Shown here: piece after piece, positions 9,997-20,176 of the stretch
Layout: every line of letters starts with the position of its first letter
Numbering within the stretch: position 1 is the first letter of the stretch
NCBI GenBank assembly: GCA_018647945.1
Contig: JABGSE010000024.1
Coordinates: forward strand, 18,016 to 82,015
Source: Flavobacteriales bacterium
Lineage (GTDB): Bacteria > Bacteroidota > Bacteroidia > Flavobacteriales > BACL11
Length of the DNA: 64,000 nt
Direction: 5' to 3'
The notes under the pieces: generated by a model
What the model was told of the DNA's origin: nothing
The model's input: the letters and a program-made list of their open reading frames with translations, nothing else
Database searches by the model: none
Translations under genes and position numbers: made by a program

Positions 9997-11070
9997 ATGA
10001 AGAAATTAGTATTATCAGATAAGCACGAATCTCTTGGAGGGAAGATGGTTGAATTTGCTGGATATTTAATGCCGGTTCAATATGAAGGAGTAAAGGTAGA
10101 GCATGCTTCCGTTAGAGATTCAGTTGGTGTTTTTGATGTTTCTCACATGGGAGAAATTTTTATAAGTGGAAAAAATTCTGAAGGTTTTCTTCAATATATT
10201 ACTTCAAATGATGTATCGAAATTAACAGTAGGCAAAGTTCAATATTCTTGTTTCCCAAATAATAAAGGTGGAATTGTAGACGATTTATTGGTTTATAAAA
10301 TTGAAGAAAACAAATACATGCTTGTTGTAAATGCATCTAATTTGGAAAAGGATTGGGATTGGATTAACTCTCACAATACATTTGGGGTTACCTTAGAAAA
10401 CAAATCAGATGACTATTCTTTACTTGCTGTGCAAGGTCCAAAATCTGTGGAACTTCTGCAGCAACTTACATCAGTAAATTTATCAGAAATAAAGTATTAT
10501 AACTTCAGAATAGGAGAGATTGCAGGAATTGAAAATGTAATTTTATCCCGAACAGGATATACGGGGGAAATTGGTTTTGAATTGTATGTGAAGAATGAAG
10601 ATACCCAAGTTTTGTGGGAAAAATTATTCTCAACAACTACAGAATTAACTCCAATTGGTTTGGCTGCTAGAGATACTCTCAGATTAGAAAAAGGTTTTTG
10701 TCTTTACGGAAATGATATAAATGAAGAAACTTCTCCAATTGAAGCGGGACTTGGATGGATTACAAAATTTAGTAAGGAATTTATAAACTCTGAAAATTTG
10801 TTAAAACAGAAAACTGACGGAACTGAAAGAAGATTAGTTGGTTTGGATATTTTAGATAAAGGAATTGCCCGAAAGGATTATCCTGTAGTAGATGAAAATG
10901 GAAATGAAATTGGTGTGGTAACTTCTGGAACTATGTCGCCAACATTGGGTAAAGCTATTGCTATGGCTTATGTAAATTCTGAATTTAAAAAAGTAGATTC
11001 TGAAGTTTACATTCAAGTAAGAAAAAAACAAATTAAAGCTAAAGTAGTTTCAATTCCATTTGTAAAATGA
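9997..11070 (+). CDS. gcvT: glycine cleavage system aminomethyltransferase (T protein)
   Basis: GVFDVSHMGE, LLAVQGPKS, RTGYTGEIGFEL and ARDTLRLEKG motifs; 357 aa. Confidence 0.95.
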   Translation: MKKLVLSDKHESLGGKMVEFAGYLMPVQYEGVKVEHASVRDSVGVFDVSHMGEIFISGKNSEGFLQYITSNDVSKLTVGKVQYSCFPNNKGGIVDDLLVYKIEENKYMLVVNASNLEKDWDWINSHNTFGVTLENKSDDYSLLAVQGPKSVELLQQLTSVNLSEIKYYNFRIGEIAGIENVILSRTGYTGEIGFELYVKNEDTQVLWEKLFSTTTELTPIGLAARDTLRLEKGFCLYGNDINEETSPIEAGLGWITKFSKEFINSENLLKQKTDGTERRLVGLDILDKGIARKDYPVVDENGNEIGVVTSGTMSPTLGKAIAMAYVNSEFKKVDSEVYIQVRKKQIKAKVVSIPFVK

Positions 11071-11795
11071 GAGATAAGAGAAATATAAATGTTTGTTTCT
11101 CACCAGAACTATTTCCACTTTTTTCTGATGGGAAAAAGATTGTAGTTGTGGTTGATGTTTTACGAGCAACTTCAGTTATTTCTACCGCTTTTCAGTATGG
11201 GATAAAAGATGTAATTGCGATTCAATCCTTAGAAGAAGCAACAAAGTATAAAGGTGAAGAAAATTGTATAGTAGCTGCCGAAAGAAATGCAGAAGCTTTA
11301 GAAGGGTTTGATTATGGGAACTCTCCTTTTCAGTATATGAATGATGAAATAAAGGGGAAAACTTTGGTGTTAACAACTACAAACGGAACAAGAGCTATTA
11401 ATATGGCAAGAGAGCATATTGTAATTACTTCTTCTTTTGTGAACTTTAATGCAGTGTGTAATTTTATTAAAAATAGAGAAGAGGATGTTCTGATTTTCTG
11501 TTCTGGTTGGAAAGGAAATTTTAATATGGAAGATTCACTTTTTGCAGGGAAGTTATCTGATAAATTATTGAATTCTGATAATTTTCAATCCAATTGCGAT
11601 TCCGCATTGGCATCCATTTCTTTATACAAATCCGCAAAAGATGATTTGTTTTCATACTTAGAGAATTCAGCACACCGAAATAGACTAAAACATTTAAATA
11701 TGGAACCGGATACCAGATTTTGTTTGTCTCCAACTTTTGAATCTGATATTGTTCCTATTTTGAAAAATGGAAAACTTATTAGACATGAAAAATAA
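11067..11795 (+). CDS. 2-phosphosulfolactate phosphatase (ComB) family protein
   Basis: VVVVDVLRATS and LTTTNGTRA motifs. There is a 4-nt overlap with the gcvT stop. Confidence 0.75.
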   Translation: MRDKRNINVCFSPELFPLFSDGKKIVVVVDVLRATSVISTAFQYGIKDVIAIQSLEEATKYKGEENCIVAAERNAEALEGFDYGNSPFQYMNDEIKGKTLVLTTTNGTRAINMAREHIVITSSFVNFNAVCNFIKNREEDVLIFCSGWKGNFNMEDSLFAGKLSDKLLNSDNFQSNCDSALASISLYKSAKDDLFSYLENSAHRNRLKHLNMEPDTRFCLSPTFESDIVPILKNGKLIRHEK

Positions 11796-12747
11796 AACCC
11801 TTTTAATATTATTTTTTCTTTCAGCTTGCTTAATTGTAAATTCTGCAATTCCTTGGGGATTTTTCGTTCATAAAAGAGTGAACAAATATGCTGTTTTTAC
11901 ATTGCCAGAGGAGCTCATAGGTTTCTACAAAAAAAATATTGACTATATTGAAGAGCATTCGGTAGATCCGGATAAAAGAAGGTATGCTGTAAAAGAGGAG
12001 GCTCCAAGGCATTATATTGATATTGATCATTATGGAGAAAATCCTTTTGAATCAATGCCCCGAAAATGGAATGATGCTGTAGAAAAATTCTCAGAAGATA
12101 CACTACAATCTTATGGTATAGTTCCATGGTACATTCAAACAACTTACAACCGATTGGTATACGCTTTTATCGATAAGGATTCAGATAAAATTTTGAAGTA
12201 TTCTGCAGATTTAGGTCATTATATTGCAGATGCTCATGTTCCTTTGCACACTACCGTAAATTATAACGGACAACTTACAGGGCAAAAAGGAATTCATGAA
12301 TTTTGGGAAAGTAGATTGCCAGAACTTTTCTCTGAAGATTACGATTATTTAGTGGGTACGGCTCAGTACAAATACTCAGTTTTGGATTTTGCATGGGAAA
12401 CTATTGAGACTAGTCATAATGCATTAGATAGCGTACTGAATTTTGATAAAATATTAGCAGAAAGTTATGATTCGGATAAACAATATTCTTATGAAAAAAG
12501 AGGTAGTAAAACTATCAATGTTCGTTCTGAAGGATATTCGGACGCATATCATATAATGTTAGATGGTATGGTAGAAAGAAGAATGAGAAAAACCATCTTT
12601 TCAATTGGAAGTTTATGGTATTCTGCTTGGGTGGATGCGGGTCAACCAATTTTAGATGGAATGAAAAATTCACCGACACCTTTTACAGAAGAAATAAAAA
12701 TTGATCATAAAATAACTAAGGATGACGCCAGAGGGCATCAACATTAA
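11785..12747 (+). CDS. secreted Zn-dependent phospholipase C / S1-P1 nuclease-like protein
   Basis: Signal peptide MKNKTLLILFFLSAC. His-rich metal-site motifs WGFFVHKRV, HYIDIDHY and LGHYIADAHVPLHTT. The ORF-track start at 11767 was trimmed to the ATG at 11785. Confidence 0.6.
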   Translation: MKNKTLLILFFLSACLIVNSAIPWGFFVHKRVNKYAVFTLPEELIGFYKKNIDYIEEHSVDPDKRRYAVKEEAPRHYIDIDHYGENPFESMPRKWNDAVEKFSEDTLQSYGIVPWYIQTTYNRLVYAFIDKDSDKILKYSADLGHYIADAHVPLHTTVNYNGQLTGQKGIHEFWESRLPELFSEDYDYLVGTAQYKYSVLDFAWETIETSHNALDSVLNFDKILAESYDSDKQYSYEKRGSKTINVRSEGYSDAYHIMLDGMVERRMRKTIFSIGSLWYSAWVDAGQPILDGMKNSPTPFTEEIKIDHKITKDDARGHQH

Positions 12748-13443
12748 TTAGTTAAAAGTATATCCTAAAGAAACGCTAATGGCTTGTAAGGTTTTGTTGT
12801 ATCCATCATCTTGATTTTCTAAACCAATCATCCCAATATATAAATTTAACTCAATATACAGGTGATCTGTTAGATAAACAGATGTTCCAATATTTAAACC
12901 TGCATCAATATCATTAATATCTTTTATTTCTCCGTCATACGAGTCCTGTGTTCTTTCAATTCCCTCTTCAGTTACTACTCTTTTCACATTATTTGTTATT
13001 AAATAAGAAACAGATGGACCGACATTCAATGTAAACCGATCGTTAACATAATATTCAAAAGTAGGATCTAAAGTTATATAATCCATGAAGTAAGTTTCTT
13101 TTTTATTCCCGTAAGTCCTGATAGTATCTGTTTCCCATGTTTGATCTAGATTAGTAATTGCTCCAATTGAAGAAAAAGAAACAGTATTACATAAATGCCA
13201 ATTTGCAGATAATTTCAAGTCGATATAAGCACCTACATTGCTTTCAATTGTGTAAGTTCTTGTAGGTAGTGCATATCCGTCTGTAGGTTTTACAATCCCT
13301 CCAAATAGGTAATTATATTGAGTAAAATTTAAGTTTGAATAATTAATCCCTATTTTAACTCCATATTTTGGTACACTAAGGTTTTGTGCCGATAATGTGT
13401 AGCTAAATGATGTGATAAATAGTAAGATAAATAATCTTTTCAT
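12748..13443 (-). CDS. outer-membrane beta-barrel (porin-family) protein
   Basis: Signal peptide, alternating-hydrophobic beta-strand pattern, and the aromatic C-terminal end LGYTFN. Confidence 0.6.
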   Translation of the reverse strand: MKRLFILLFITSFSYTLSAQNLSVPKYGVKIGINYSNLNFTQYNYLFGGIVKPTDGYALPTRTYTIESNVGAYIDLKLSANWHLCNTVSFSSIGAITNLDQTWETDTIRTYGNKKETYFMDYITLDPTFEYYVNDRFTLNVGPSVSYLITNNVKRVVTEEGIERTQDSYDGEIKDINDIDAGLNIGTSVYLTDHLYIELNLYIGMIGLENQDDGYNKTLQAISVSLGYTFN

Positions 13444-13480
13444 GTTTTTAATTTTTTACAAATATAGTTAATTTCTGAAA

Positions 13481-14599
13481 TTACGAATTTAACATCACTG
13501 GCATTACTAGCATTAAGGTGTCTTCACCTTCATCTTGTCCGTCTAATGGTAATAAAATTCCAGCTCTGTTTGATGCACTCATTTCTAAACAAATCTGATC
13601 TGCCCCAATATTATTTAACATTTCAATCATGAATTTGGAGTTGAATCCTATTTCCATATCTTCTCCGACATAATCACAGCTTAATCTTTCTTCAGCCTGA
13701 TTTGCAAAATCTAAATCTTCAGATGAAATTTGTAATTCAGAACCCGCTACAGCCAATCGTATTTGATGAGTTGTTTTATTAGCATAAATTGAAATTCTTT
13801 TTATAGAATTCAATAAATCTGATTTGGAAATAGTGAGCTTATTAGGATTTTCTTTTGGAATTACTGCTTCATAATTAGGGTATTTCCCATCTATCAATCT
13901 GCAAATAATAGTTGTATTATCAAATGTAAATAATGAATTTGTATCGTTATATTCAATTGTTAAATCTATATCATTTGTCAAGGTATTTTTTAACAATGTT
14001 AAAGGTTTTTTCGGTAAAATAAATGAAGCTGTGGACTCTGCACTAAAATCATTTCGGATGTGTTTTACTAGTTTATGAGCATCAGTTGCTACAAAAGTAA
14101 TCTTCTCTGCTGAAAGTTCACAAAACATTCCTGACATAACGGGCCTTAATTCATCATTTCCGCAAGCAAAAAGAGTTTTATTTATTGCATTTACAAATGC
14201 TAAAGCATTAATTTTTGTGCTAGAAGAAGAACTTAATGAAGGTGTTTTTGGAAATTCAGAAGCATTTTGCCCCGATAATTTATAAACGCCATTTTCTGAG
14301 TTTATTTCAATGCCAAAAGTTTCTTCATTAATCAAAAAAGTAAGAGGTTGGCTGGAAAAAGTTTTAAGAGTTTCCAAAAGAAGCTTTGCCGGAATTGCAA
14401 TTTTACCTTCTGTAGTGGTGTCCGCTGAAATAGAAGTAGACATTGTGGTTTCCAAATCGGAAGCTATAATATTAATGGTTCCGGAACTTAACTCAAACAG
14501 GAAGTTATCTAGAATTGGGAGTGTATTATTTGTACTTAAAACTCCACTTAATTTTTGTAGTTCTTTTAATAATTCTGAACTATTTACAATAAATTTCAT
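13481..14599 (-). CDS. dnaN: DNA polymerase III beta sliding clamp
   Basis: 372 aa. MKFIVNSSELLKELQKLSGV...LPILDNFLFE, the three-domain length, and the C-terminal MLVMPVMLN. Confidence 0.95.
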   Translation of the reverse strand: MKFIVNSSELLKELQKLSGVLSTNNTLPILDNFLFELSSGTINIIASDLETTMSTSISADTTTEGKIAIPAKLLLETLKTFSSQPLTFLINEETFGIEINSENGVYKLSGQNASEFPKTPSLSSSSSTKINALAFVNAINKTLFACGNDELRPVMSGMFCELSAEKITFVATDAHKLVKHIRNDFSAESTASFILPKKPLTLLKNTLTNDIDLTIEYNDTNSLFTFDNTTIICRLIDGKYPNYEAVIPKENPNKLTISKSDLLNSIKRISIYANKTTHQIRLAVAGSELQISSEDLDFANQAEERLSCDYVGEDMEIGFNSKFMIEMLNNIGADQICLEMSASNRAGILLPLDGQDEGEDTLMLVMPVMLNS

Positions 14600-14662
14600 A
14601 ATGTTATTCTGTTTTTTAAAATATGCTCAAATATATTATATTGCACAAAAAATTACTCTTAT

Positions 14663-15640
14663 TTATTGTTTTATTTCATCAAGAGTAATTAACACTTTGT
14701 TGAAAATATTTTTTTGAATAATTGCCAAATCTGAATTATTCCATTTTGCAAATGAAATTAACACATTGGATTCACTTTCTTTAGTGTTTTTGTAATCTTC
14801 TTTTATCTGAAATATTGTTAAAGTATCAATTCCTTTTTCATGATGAATAATAATCTTTCTATCAATATTTAAATTATTAATATCCAAATTTGTTTTATAA
14901 GTACCGCATTGTAATTTCACAAAAGAATGAATAAAATCGTTCATCACTGTTTGATTATAGTTTATATTTTCTCCATTTGAAGTCAGAAATATTTCATTTC
15001 CTTTATTTGTTAAAACAAACGATTGTTTTTCATCTTGTAAGTTTATAACTTCAATTTCATAAATTGTATTTCCATCAATACTAATTGTTATTGGTTCCCT
15101 CCACAATTGTTCGTTTACATAGTTTGTTTCAATTCCATATTTAGGATTCAGAATTCCAGGATTTCTGTTTGGCATGTAAATTATGTAAGCTTCTTCTGCT
15201 CCTTTCATTATCATGTAAGTTCCTAAATGGTCTGATGTATTTCCACCTATAAAGTATGTTTTTGTAAGATTATTGTTTTCAAATATTTCTATTTTCACTC
15301 CTGTTGTAGCAATATTTTTAATTACCGTATTTTGTCTTTTTAATGGTACCGAACTTTTTACTTTTATATCTTTAAGTACTTCCAATAAGTAATCTATTCT
15401 AATGTCCCAAATTTTGTATTTATTATTGATAAACCATTGATCATCCTTTTTCTCCATTATAATTTTATCACCTTTTTTATCGGACATAATTACTTTGCTA
15501 ATATTTTCAGTATTTTCAACAGTAAAATTAGTAGGATCTATTTTCTTATTTGAAAATAGATTTTCGCCTTTAAAATAAAGAAAAAGAGTTACAATACAAA
15601 TTATAATTATGACAAGGTATTTCGATTTTTTATTTTCCAT
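14663..15640 (-). CDS. DUF4340-like protein (GldG-associated)
   Basis: Single N-terminal TM; its position immediately downstream of gldG with an 11-nt overlap matches the usual gldG-DUF4340 pairing. Confidence 0.6.
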   Translation of the reverse strand: MENKKSKYLVIIIICIVTLFLYFKGENLFSNKKIDPTNFTVENTENISKVIMSDKKGDKIIMEKKDDQWFINNKYKIWDIRIDYLLEVLKDIKVKSSVPLKRQNTVIKNIATTGVKIEIFENNNLTKTYFIGGNTSDHLGTYMIMKGAEEAYIIYMPNRNPGILNPKYGIETNYVNEQLWREPITISIDGNTIYEIEVINLQDEKQSFVLTNKGNEIFLTSNGENINYNQTVMNDFIHSFVKLQCGTYKTNLDINNLNIDRKIIIHHEKGIDTLTIFQIKEDYKNTKESESNVLISFAKWNNSDLAIIQKNIFNKVLITLDEIKQ

Positions 15641-17351
15641 ATTTAATTTTTCGGTAATAATGAAAAGAGAAGAAAATTAGTAAAAGAATAATTTGAGGAA
15701 TAATTATATTTTTTAATTTAATAAAACTGTGATTATTGTCTGTTTTTTCAGAGTCTAATAATCGTAACTTCTCTTTTTTCTTATTTCTTATTTTTATTAA
15801 ATCTTTATCATCACACAAATATTGTACTGAATTTAAAACAAAATCTTTATTCCCTTTAAAAACGGAATTATTGTATTTGTAAAATCCTAAGGGGAAATAG
15901 AAATTAGGTGGATTTACTTTATTTCCAATTATGTCTCCATCCGATACTACAATCATTTTTCCATCATTATTTTCTGATACAAAATTGATTGTATTTGAAA
16001 TTGTTGTATTTTTGTATTGAGAGGCAAATCTTCCTTCTAGTAAAACTGAAATAATTTGTTCCCCTTTATTAAAGTTGTTTTTTTGTGGTGGATTACTCAA
16101 AATGTCCAAACTTACTTCTCCTCCCGAATATATTAATCTGGATTTTTTGGAAGATGTGAGAAGTACAGAACTATTAATTTCAGAATTAATTATTTCAATA
16201 TTTGACGAGAAATCTGTAAGGATTGAGTCAATAGAAGTTGAAATTATATGATCAGATTTTAGAGTGATTATAGGATTGTAAACCCAGTCAAAATATTTTA
16301 TTTCTCCAGTACCCATTGTTATTGGAATTTTTGTTGACTCCAAATCCTGAATTAAATTATTGTTTATATTAAATCCATAGTTTTCAAATAAATCGTCCAA
16401 ATTCAAATTATTTTTATTGATGGGAAAACTAATTTCTCCATTTGTAAAATTATTCATTGAAGCGTCAGTTCCGTCCAATAAACACAAAACTTTACCTCCA
16501 TTCATTATATATTGGTCTATCAGAAATTTATCCAGATTTTGAAATTTTTCTGTTGGTTTTGAAATTATTGCAACATCAAATTTATTAATTCTATCTAATT
16601 GTTCTTGAATTTTTAAGTTCCCGCTAACTGAGTCCATTTCATACATGCTAATATCAAAATATTCTACCGAGTAAAATTCAGATAAAGTATTCCTGATATC
16701 AAATGTGTTTGTACTGTCTAATTCTCCATTTCCAGATAAAAACGCAATATGTTTTTGATTGTTCTCACATATTTTATGAATTGATTTTATAAAATTATAT
16801 TCTAATTTATTTATAGATTGTTGTATGTCGTATTGTTCAATAGTGTACGGATCTTGCTCGGAATTATTGTAAAAGTAGTTTTCATAAAACAAGTTTACAG
16901 ACATTGATTTGTTGTTGTAATGTATATTAGCAGCAGGAAAAGTGATTTGTGTAGTTGTAATGTTTTTGTTTTTACTTTTTACCCAAATAGGGTAAATGTT
17001 GTTTTCTGCAAGATTTTTTCTCATTACATCTCGTTTTTCTTTATCTTCAGATTCCAAGGGGTTTACAAATTCAAATTCAATATTTTTATTCGAATATGAT
17101 TTGAAAGTATGTAATATGTGTTCAGTCGATTTCTTTAATTTCTCAAATTGTGAAGGTAAACTTCCATCTAAATAAATTGTAATGTAAATTTTATCATCAA
17201 TATTTTTTAAAATATCAATACTTTCTTCAGATATAGAATGTCTTTTTTCTTTTGTTAAATCCCATTTTGTATGATTGTTCGATAACAATATATTTATCAG
17301 AATTAAAATGAAAATTCCAGCAATAAATTTTATGATTGAATTTGTTTTCAT
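15630..17351 (-). CDS. gldG: gliding-motility-associated ABC transporter accessory protein GldG
   Basis: 573 aa with N- and C-terminal TM anchors around a large periplasmic region. Adjacent to gldF. Confidence 0.8.
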   Translation of the reverse strand: MKTNSIIKFIAGIFILILINILLSNNHTKWDLTKEKRHSISEESIDILKNIDDKIYITIYLDGSLPSQFEKLKKSTEHILHTFKSYSNKNIEFEFVNPLESEDKEKRDVMRKNLAENNIYPIWVKSKNKNITTTQITFPAANIHYNNKSMSVNLFYENYFYNNSEQDPYTIEQYDIQQSINKLEYNFIKSIHKICENNQKHIAFLSGNGELDSTNTFDIRNTLSEFYSVEYFDISMYEMDSVSGNLKIQEQLDRINKFDVAIISKPTEKFQNLDKFLIDQYIMNGGKVLCLLDGTDASMNNFTNGEISFPINKNNLNLDDLFENYGFNINNNLIQDLESTKIPITMGTGEIKYFDWVYNPIITLKSDHIISTSIDSILTDFSSNIEIINSEINSSVLLTSSKKSRLIYSGGEVSLDILSNPPQKNNFNKGEQIISVLLEGRFASQYKNTTISNTINFVSENNDGKMIVVSDGDIIGNKVNPPNFYFPLGFYKYNNSVFKGNKDFVLNSVQYLCDDKDLIKIRNKKKEKLRLLDSEKTDNNHSFIKLKNIIIPQIILLLIFFSFHYYRKIKYGK

Positions 17352-18086
17352 TTATTGTTTTCTTAATTTTATAATCGTTTCAGTCATTATTAAGAAAAAT
17401 GAAATTGTACTAATAAAATAAACTGTATCTTTCAAACTGATTAACCCCATGCTCATTGTTTTGTAATGAGGGGAAATACCAAAATTATTGATTAATAACT
17501 CATAATTTTTTAATACAGATAATTTACTTATAATATCAAATCCGAAAAATAATAAACTACATAAAATAACAGATAAAATTAGTGAACTTATATTGTTAGA
17601 ACTTAATGCAGAAGTAAAAATTCCAATGGAACAAAAGATAGCTCCTAACAGAAAAAGACCAATATACGACCCAATTAATCCTCCTACATCTATTCCTTCA
17701 GAATCGGACAAAAGGGAAACACTAATTGGAAAAAAGAAAGTAGGAATGATGAAGATTAAAAGTAAAGCAATGCAAGCAAAATATTTTCCTAAAACAATTT
17801 TCCATGTAGAAATTGATTTTGTTAATAGTATTTCGGATGTTCCTGAATTAAATTCTTCCGAAAAAAGTTTCATACATATTGTGGGAATAAAAATGATAAA
17901 TAGAAAAGGGGAGAGGAAGAAAAGTCCATCAATATTTGAATAAGATAAACTTAAAATATTGGTTCCTGCTGCATTGGAAATCCATAAGAATATACTATTT
18001 AGAAATAAAAAAATAGAAAAAATTAGTACTCCTCCAAAAGTGCTGAAAAATTGTCTTATTTCTTTTGTAAATATTGCAGTCATCAA
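17352..18086 (-). CDS. gldF: gliding-motility-associated ABC transporter permease GldF
   Basis: 244 aa, six-TM ABC-2 type permease. N-terminus IFTKEIRQFFSTFGG is typical of GldF. Confidence 0.8.
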   Translation of the reverse strand: MMTAIFTKEIRQFFSTFGGVLIFSIFLFLNSIFLWISNAAGTNILSLSYSNIDGLFFLSPFLFIIFIPTICMKLFSEEFNSGTSEILLTKSISTWKIVLGKYFACIALLLIFIIPTFFFPISVSLLSDSEGIDVGGLIGSYIGLFLLGAIFCSIGIFTSALSSNNISSLILSVILCSLLFFGFDIISKLSVLKNYELLINNFGISPHYKTMSMGLISLKDTVYFISTISFFLIMTETIIKLRKQ

Positions 18087-18370
18087 TTAATTTTTGTTGT
18101 AGTCCAAGCTTCAGCATCTTTCAGAAATAAAGAAGTAGTTTTTGGCCAAATTTCTGCAAATACTTTCGAATCTTTATAATTGTTTAAGTCGTTTTCTGTT
18201 TCCCAATGGCTATAAGTAAAAAACACATTTTTATTATGTTTGTCTTGCAATAATTCTACATCAATACATCCTTTGGAGTTTTGAATTTTTTCTTTTGCTA
18301 TATCAAATATATCAACAAAATTAGGAATGTAATCCTCAATAAATGTCATTTTTACAATTCTTGTAATCAT
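18083..18370 (-). CDS. antibiotic-biosynthesis-monooxygenase (ABM) fold protein
   Basis: 95 aa ferredoxin-like ABM pattern (IVKMTF...FFTYSHWETENDLNNY). ATGA-type overlaps with both neighbours. Confidence 0.6.
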   Translation of the reverse strand: MITRIVKMTFIEDYIPNFVDIFDIAKEKIQNSKGCIDVELLQDKHNKNVFFTYSHWETENDLNNYKDSKVFAEIWPKTTSLFLKDAEAWTTTKIN

Positions 18371-19152
18371 TTAAATTCTATTCTTATTATGTCGTAATGT
18401 TCTAATCCTAAAAGTTCGTTTGCTTTTCCTTTGTTCATTGATATTTCTAACAAATTATTTGTAGAGAAAATTGCTAATCTTTCTCCTTCATCAACATCTT
18501 GATATTTGCTGTGAATCTTAGTTATTTTTTCTGTTTCTTTCCCGTATAATATCTTAAATTCTCTATCCAATCCAATTCTGTTAAATGTTTCTTTGTCAAT
18601 ATTTGTAATCAGATTTCCATAGCTGTCAATATGTAGAATAATTCCTCTAATTGTATTTTTATCGGTTACTGCTTTTAACAACGATTTCTTATTATTAAAG
18701 TCAGAAATTTCATTTCCAATCATTTCTAATGTTCCTCCTCTTGCCAGGTGGCAGGCAGCGGTTACAAAAACATCTTTTGTAGCAAATGTTAATGCGTTAC
18801 TTTCTTGAATAAAATTTAATTGAACAATTTTATCTGGTTTTATTTCGTCAAAAATTAAAGAAAATATCCCATTGTCGGAACCAATTATAAACTGATTTTC
18901 TATCTTAATTGCAATGTGCTGATTGTTTATTGTAATTTCATCATTCACTCCAATAATATGAACGGTTCCTTCAGGAAATTCTTTGTAACAATTTTTGAAT
19001 ACAAAAGCGGCAGTTTGTATGTCAAATTTTGATATCTCATTACTAATATCAACTATGTTTATATCTGGTAATTGTTTGTAAATTGACGCTTTCACCAAAG
19101 CAACATAATTGTCCTGAATTCCTAAATCTGTAGTAAGTGTTATTATTGACAT
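18367..19152 (-). CDS. SAM hydroxide adenosyltransferase family protein (DUF62, chlorinase/fluorinase-like)
   Basis: N-terminal ITLTTDLGIQDNYVA, HIIGVNDE and HIDSYGNLITNI motifs. Confidence 0.8.
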   Translation of the reverse strand: MSIITLTTDLGIQDNYVALVKASIYKQLPDINIVDISNEISKFDIQTAAFVFKNCYKEFPEGTVHIIGVNDEITINNQHIAIKIENQFIIGSDNGIFSLIFDEIKPDKIVQLNFIQESNALTFATKDVFVTAACHLARGGTLEMIGNEISDFNNKKSLLKAVTDKNTIRGIILHIDSYGNLITNIDKETFNRIGLDREFKILYGKETEKITKIHSKYQDVDEGERLAIFSTNNLLEISMNKGKANELLGLEHYDIIRIEFK

Positions 19153-19240
19153 ATATCAACAAAAAGTATTGAAAAATTATTATTTTTATTGTTAATTTGC
19201 AGAGTCCAAAAATAAAAAGAAATCCTTTGTAAACCATCTT

Positions 19241-20173
19241 TTGATGAGCGAAAAAATAATAGACTTAGAAAATATAGATTTAGTACTCCTTTTTGGAGCA
19301 AATAACAGAAAATTATACAAGATAAAAGAGTTTTTTCCAGATTTGAGATTAGTAGCTCGTGGCAACACATTAAAAGTAATTGGGAATAAAACTCATATCT
19401 TATTTTTTGAAAAGAAGTTTCAATCATTTCTTGATCATATCAATCAGTATAACAGACTCACTATCAGTCAGATTGAAAGGTTAATTCTGGAGGATGAAGC
19501 TAAAGTATTAGAAACAAAAGAGGATGTAATTCTTCACGGAAGTGATGGGAAATTAATAAAAGCCAGAACAGCAAACCAAAGAAAAATGGTTACTGAAATT
19601 CTGAAAAATGACATGATGTTTGTTGTCGGTCCGGCAGGAACCGGAAAAACATATACTGCAGTTGCTCTTGCGGTAAAATCACTAAAATCGAAACAAGTAA
19701 AAAGGATTATATTGACAAGGCCAGCGGTAGAAGCGGGAGAAAATTTAGGTTTTTTGCCTGGTGATTTGAAAGAAAAATTAGATCCATACATGCAACCATT
19801 ATATGATGCATTAATGGATATGTTGCCCTCAGAAAAATTGAAAGATTATCTGGAAGGGGGAATTATACAGATTGCTCCTTTGGCTTTTATGAGGGGAAGA
19901 ACACTGGACAAGGCATTTGTTATTTTGGATGAGGCTCAAAATTCTACTGAATCGCAAATGAGAATGTTTTTAACAAGAATGGGAAAATCGGGAAAATTTA
20001 TTATTACCGGTGATGAAACTCAGATTGATTTGCCAAAAAAACAAAATTCAGGTTTGATTGAATCTATTAAAAAATTAAAAGATATTGATGGGATTAGTTT
20101 TGTTTTTCTAGATGAGAAAGATGTAATCCGACATAAATTAGTAAAGAAAATAATTAAAGCATATAAAGATTAA
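19241..20173 (+). CDS. phoH: PhoH-like ATPase
   Basis: Walker A GPAGTGKTYTAVALAV, Walker B FVILDEAQN, and ITGDETQIDLP. Confidence 0.9.
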   Translation: MMSEKIIDLENIDLVLLFGANNRKLYKIKEFFPDLRLVARGNTLKVIGNKTHILFFEKKFQSFLDHINQYNRLTISQIERLILEDEAKVLETKEDVILHGSDGKLIKARTANQRKMVTEILKNDMMFVVGPAGTGKTYTAVALAVKSLKSKQVKRIILTRPAVEAGENLGFLPGDLKEKLDPYMQPLYDALMDMLPSEKLKDYLEGGIIQIAPLAFMRGRTLDKAFVILDEAQNSTESQMRMFLTRMGKSGKFIITGDETQIDLPKKQNSGLIESIKKLKDIDGISFVFLDEKDVIRHKLVKKIIKAYKD

Positions 20174-20176
20174 AAA

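Noticed and set aside
19049-19427. ORFs 19049..19237 and 19143..19427 spanning the divergent promoter region between the DUF62 gene and phoH
   Set aside because: They overlap the 5' ends of two well-supported genes and the intergenic promoter region, and their products are low-complexity with no motifs.
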